From: a virus | Taxonomy: Duplodnaviria > Heunggongvirae > Uroviricota > Caudoviricetes | Virus record (IMG/VR): IMGVR_UViG_2541047814_000002 | Length of the DNA stretch: 44,195 nucleotides | Strand: one strand, 5' to 3' | Shown here: piece by piece, positions 41,367 to 44,195 of the stretch | How the letters are laid out: each line of letters begins with the position of its first letter | Numbering within the stretch: position 1 is the stretch's first letter | Translations under genes and position numbers: made by a program | The notes under the pieces: model-generated | Database searches by the model: none | What the model was told of the DNA's origin: nothing | Seen by the model: the letters and a program-made list of their open reading frames with translations, nothing else

Positions 41367-41530
41367 GAACGAGTATTGATTTGGCACATAGCCTTGCTCA
41401 AATTGGAGTCAGGTTTGTGCCAATACCAGCAGAAACAGACGAAGAATTTCATACGTTAGCCACATCCCTTTCACAAAAGCTGGAAATGATGGTGGCGAAA
41501 GCAGAAGCAGATGAGAGAGACCAGGTATGA
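41339..41530 (+). CDS. small early-left ORF (lambda orf63-like)
   Basis: 63-aa ORF in same operon; position as lambda orf63. Confidence 0.55.
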   Translation: MHKASPVELRTSIDLAHSLAQIGVRFVPIPAETDEEFHTLATSLSQKLEMMVAKAEADERDQV

Positions 41531-41916
41531 CAACCACTGAATGCATTTTTCTGGCAGCGGGCTTCATATTCTGTGTGCTTATGCTTGCCGACATGGGGCT
41601 TGTTCAGTGACACCTCAGCAAGAAAACGCCCTTCGCAGCATTGCCCGTCAGGCTAATTCTGAAATCAAAAAAGTCAGACAGCAGTTTCCAAAAACGTCAA
41701 TGACATTTGCCGTAGCGTACTGAAGAAGCACCGCGAAACGGTAACGCTGAAGGGATTCACACCGACTCATTTAAGCCTGGCAATCGGCATGTTAAACGGC
41801 GTCTTTAAGGAACGATGAACATGAAAAGCAAAATTATCAGGGAGCTACAGGCTCCTTTTTTATTGTTCGCATTCACCCTCAAGCGTATTAACCAACAGTT
41901 CAGGGATTAATGAAAG

Positions 41917-42138
41917 ATGGCAGACATCATTGATTCAGCATCAGAAATAGAAGAATTACAGCGCAACACAGCAATAAAAATGCGCCGCCTGAACTACCTG
42001 GCTGTATCTGCCACTCATTGTTGTGAGTGTGGCGATCCGATAGATGAACGAAGACGCCTGGCCGTTCAGGGTTGTCGGACTTGCGCCAGTTGCCAGCAAG
42101 ATCTGGAGCTTATCCGCAAACAAAGGGGGATTAAGTGA
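41917..42138 (+). CDS. TraR/DksA-family C4 zinc-finger protein (lambda Orf73-like)
   Basis: 73 aa with CxxC...CxxC (CCECGDPIDERRRLAVQGCRTCASC) typical of TraR-like RNA polymerase-binding proteins. Confidence 0.7.
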   Translation: MADIIDSASEIEELQRNTAIKMRRLNYLAVSATHCCECGDPIDERRRLAVQGCRTCASCQQDLELIRKQRGIK

Positions 42139-42464
42139 TGGCTAACCTGCAACTTGCTGTTAAAAGTGAATACTTCGATGCCATGATTCGCGGAGAGAAA
42201 ACGGAAGAGTATCGCTTGTGTAATGACTACTGGAATAAGCGAATTATGTTCCGGGAATATGACCGCCTGATTATCACAAAGGGATATCCGAAGCGCGACG
42301 ATTCCAGTCGCAGAATTGATGTTCCGTATGACGGATATGAAGTGAAGACAATCACACATCCGCACTTTGGCGATAAACCGGTAAAGGTGTTCGCTATAAA
42401 GGTGAATATCAGCACTGAATATCAATCCGCACAACACAAGGTCAAGAATGTTCAGAGTGATTGA
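42135..42464 (+). CDS. hypothetical protein (109 aa)
   Basis: ORF with ATGA coupling to upstream gene; not recognised. Confidence 0.5.
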   Translation: MMANLQLAVKSEYFDAMIRGEKTEEYRLCNDYWNKRIMFREYDRLIITKGYPKRDDSSRRIDVPYDGYEVKTITHPHFGDKPVKVFAIKVNISTEYQSAQHKVKNVQSD

Positions 42465-42687
42465 CCCTAACACCTGGTACGTCGACCACCACGGCACTCC
42501 CTGCAAAATCCTGCGTTCTACCCACAACAAAGTTCACTACATCCGAAAAGGCAGAACATGTATCGCCAGCATGTTCCGCTTTAATCATGACTTTGAACCT
42601 GTGAATAAAGCTGATGCAGATCGGATAGCAGAAGAGATCGAAACGGCAGAACACATTAAGAAGTTACGTGACATGCGCAGGAAATAG
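42448..42687 (+). CDS. hypothetical protein (79 aa)
   Basis: ORF overlapping upstream gene end; not recognised. Confidence 0.45.
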   Translation: MFRVIDPNTWYVDHHGTPCKILRSTHNKVHYIRKGRTCIASMFRFNHDFEPVNKADADRIAEEIETAEHIKKLRDMRRK

Positions 42688-42826
42688 AAAAATTGATAAA
42701 TTCAATACTGCATTTCTCAGCATTAAATTTATCTCTATGACCAGTCAAGAGATGTACCTGCCATGAGCTTAATATCATGTCAGATATATCGGTCACAAAC
42801 TCCCTCAGCAGCTAAGAGGAGGACAA

Positions 42827-43063
42827 ATGTCTCGACTAATCACTTTACAGGACTGGGCTAAAGAAGAATTTGGGGACTTAGCACCAAGTGAGCGAGTTCT
42901 GAAAAAATACGCGCAAGGGAAAATGATGGCCCCACCCGCTATAAAAGTTGGTCGCTACTGGATGATTGACCGAAATTCCCGTTTTGTAGGAACGCTTGCA
43001 GAACCGCAACTCCCAATAAACGCAAACCCAAAACTCCAAAGGATAATCGCTGATGGCTGCTAG
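42827..43063 (+). CDS. xis: excisionase-like protein (non-lambda Xis type)
   Basis: 78 aa immediately upstream of and overlapping int; strong RBS AAGAGGAGG; sequence unlike lambda Xis but in the canonical position. Confidence 0.6.
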   Translation: MSRLITLQDWAKEEFGDLAPSERVLKKYAQGKMMAPPAIKVGRYWMIDRNSRFVGTLAEPQLPINANPKLQRIIADGC

Positions 43064-44195
43064 ACCCCGATCTCACAAAATCTCTATACCCAATTTATAT
43101 TGCAAATTAGATAAGCGAACCGGAAAGGTATATTGGCAATACAAACATCCACTATCCGGTCGTTTTCATAGCTTAGGAACTGATGAGAATGAAGCAAAAC
43201 AAGTTGCTACTGAAGCAAATACCATTATTGCTGAACAACGTACCAGACAAATATTAAGCGTCAATGAGCGTCTGGAAAGAATGAAAGGCAGGCGCTCAGA
43301 CATTACGGTGACAGAATGGCTTGATAAATATATTTCTATCCAAGAGGACAGGCTGCAACATAATGAACTAAGACCCAACTCCTATCGGCAAAAAGGCAAA
43401 CCCATTCGTCTTTTCCGTGAGCATTGTGGAATGCAACACCTCAAGGATATTACCGCACTTGATATTGCCGAAATAATTGATGCTGTAAAGGCTGAAGGTC
43501 ATAACAGGATGGCGCAAGTCGTGAGAATGGTGTTGATCGACGTCTTCAAAGAAGCACAACACGCAGGACATGTTCCGCCAGGATTTAACCCAGCGCAGGC
43601 AACAAAACAACCACGAAATCGAGTAAACCGCCAAAGATTGTCACTGCCCGAATGGCAGGCAATATTTGACAGCGTAAGCAGACGGCAGCCCTATTTAAAA
43701 TGCGGCATGCTACTTGCTCTTGTTACTGGACAACGTTTAGGCGATATCTGCAATTTGAAATTCTCTGATATATGGGACGACATGTTGCACATTACTCAGG
43801 AAAAAACCGGTTCAAAACTTGCTATTCCGCTTAACCTGAAATGCGATGCTCTGAATATTACCCTTCGTGAAGTTATATCTCAGTGCAGGGATGCTGTTGT
43901 TAGTAAATATCTGGTCCATTACCGTCACACTACCTCTCAAGCAAACAGAGGAGACCAGGTTTCTGCGAATACTCTGACAACGGCTTTTAAAAAGGCCCGG
44001 GAAAAATGTGGCATAAAATGGGAGCAAGGAACTGCGCCCACATTTCATGAGCAGCGATCTCTGTCAGAACGGTTATATCGGGAACAGGGTCTGGATACGC
44101 AAAAGTTGTTAGGCCATAAATCCAGAAAAATGACCGACCGATACAATGATGATCGTGGTAAAGACTGGATTATCGTAGATATCAAAACAGCATAG
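43053..44195 (+). CDS. int: tyrosine integrase (lambda-family Int, non-lambda att specificity)
   Basis: 380 aa; catalytic-domain motifs align with lambda Int (LA.VTGQR.GD.C...W.D........Q.KTG.K.AIP, TFHE.RSLS.RLY, LLGHKS..M...Y.DDRG..W); stop codon is the last triplet of the window. Confidence 0.9.
   Translation: MAARPRSHKISIPNLYCKLDKRTGKVYWQYKHPLSGRFHSLGTDENEAKQVATEANTIIAEQRTRQILSVNERLERMKGRRSDITVTEWLDKYISIQEDRLQHNELRPNSYRQKGKPIRLFREHCGMQHLKDITALDIAEIIDAVKAEGHNRMAQVVRMVLIDVFKEAQHAGHVPPGFNPAQATKQPRNRVNRQRLSLPEWQAIFDSVSRRQPYLKCGMLLALVTGQRLGDICNLKFSDIWDDMLHITQEKTGSKLAIPLNLKCDALNITLREVISQCRDAVVSKYLVHYRHTTSQANRGDQVSANTLTTAFKKAREKCGIKWEQGTAPTFHEQRSLSERLYREQGLDTQKLLGHKSRKMTDRYNDDRGKDWIIVDIKTA

Noticed and set aside
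1-44195. CRISPR arrays
   Set aside because: No regularly spaced short direct repeats; the only repeat arrays are the ori iterons inside O and the protein-level repeats in stf and C.

Overview
The window is a nearly complete lambda-family prophage from an E. coli-like host, with the morphogenesis genes on the minus strand and the early-left/recombination/integration genes on the plus strand. All calls are from reading the translations and the DNA against remembered lambda, P22, phage 21 and DLP12 sequences; no searches or computations were run. Gene order from low to high coordinates: two small unknown genes, an Stf-like side tail fiber, J-I-K-L-M, tape measure H split by an IS21-family element (istA/istB) with a 5-bp target duplication, G/T with the -1 frameshift site, V-U-Z-FII-FI-E-D-C(Nu3)-B-W-A-Nu1, cos, cargo genes (small secreted protein, TonB-C-like lipoprotein, bor), lysis cassette Rz/Rz1, SAR endolysin and pinholin, an NmpC/Lc-type porin between S and Q, Q, rusA, nin region with an orphan N6-adenine methyltransferase, ren, P, O with ori iterons, oop RNA, cII, cro, operators, cI, then N (P22-like C-terminus), sieB, ral, ea10, cIII, kil, gam, bet, exo, small orfs, a TraR-like protein, xis and int. 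The int stop codon is the last base of the window, so attL is not visible. The most interesting feature is an unrecognisable, AT-rich two-gene operon directly downstream of cI, in the slot where lambda carries rexA-rexB. It is a candidate novel lysogen-expressed exclusion or defence system. Other notable points are the IS-disrupted H gene (the prophage is probably tail-defective), a TonB C-terminal-domain lipoprotein cargo gene, a mosaic immunity region, a tandem triplication in the C/Nu3 scaffold region, and a frameshifted long-Gam start.
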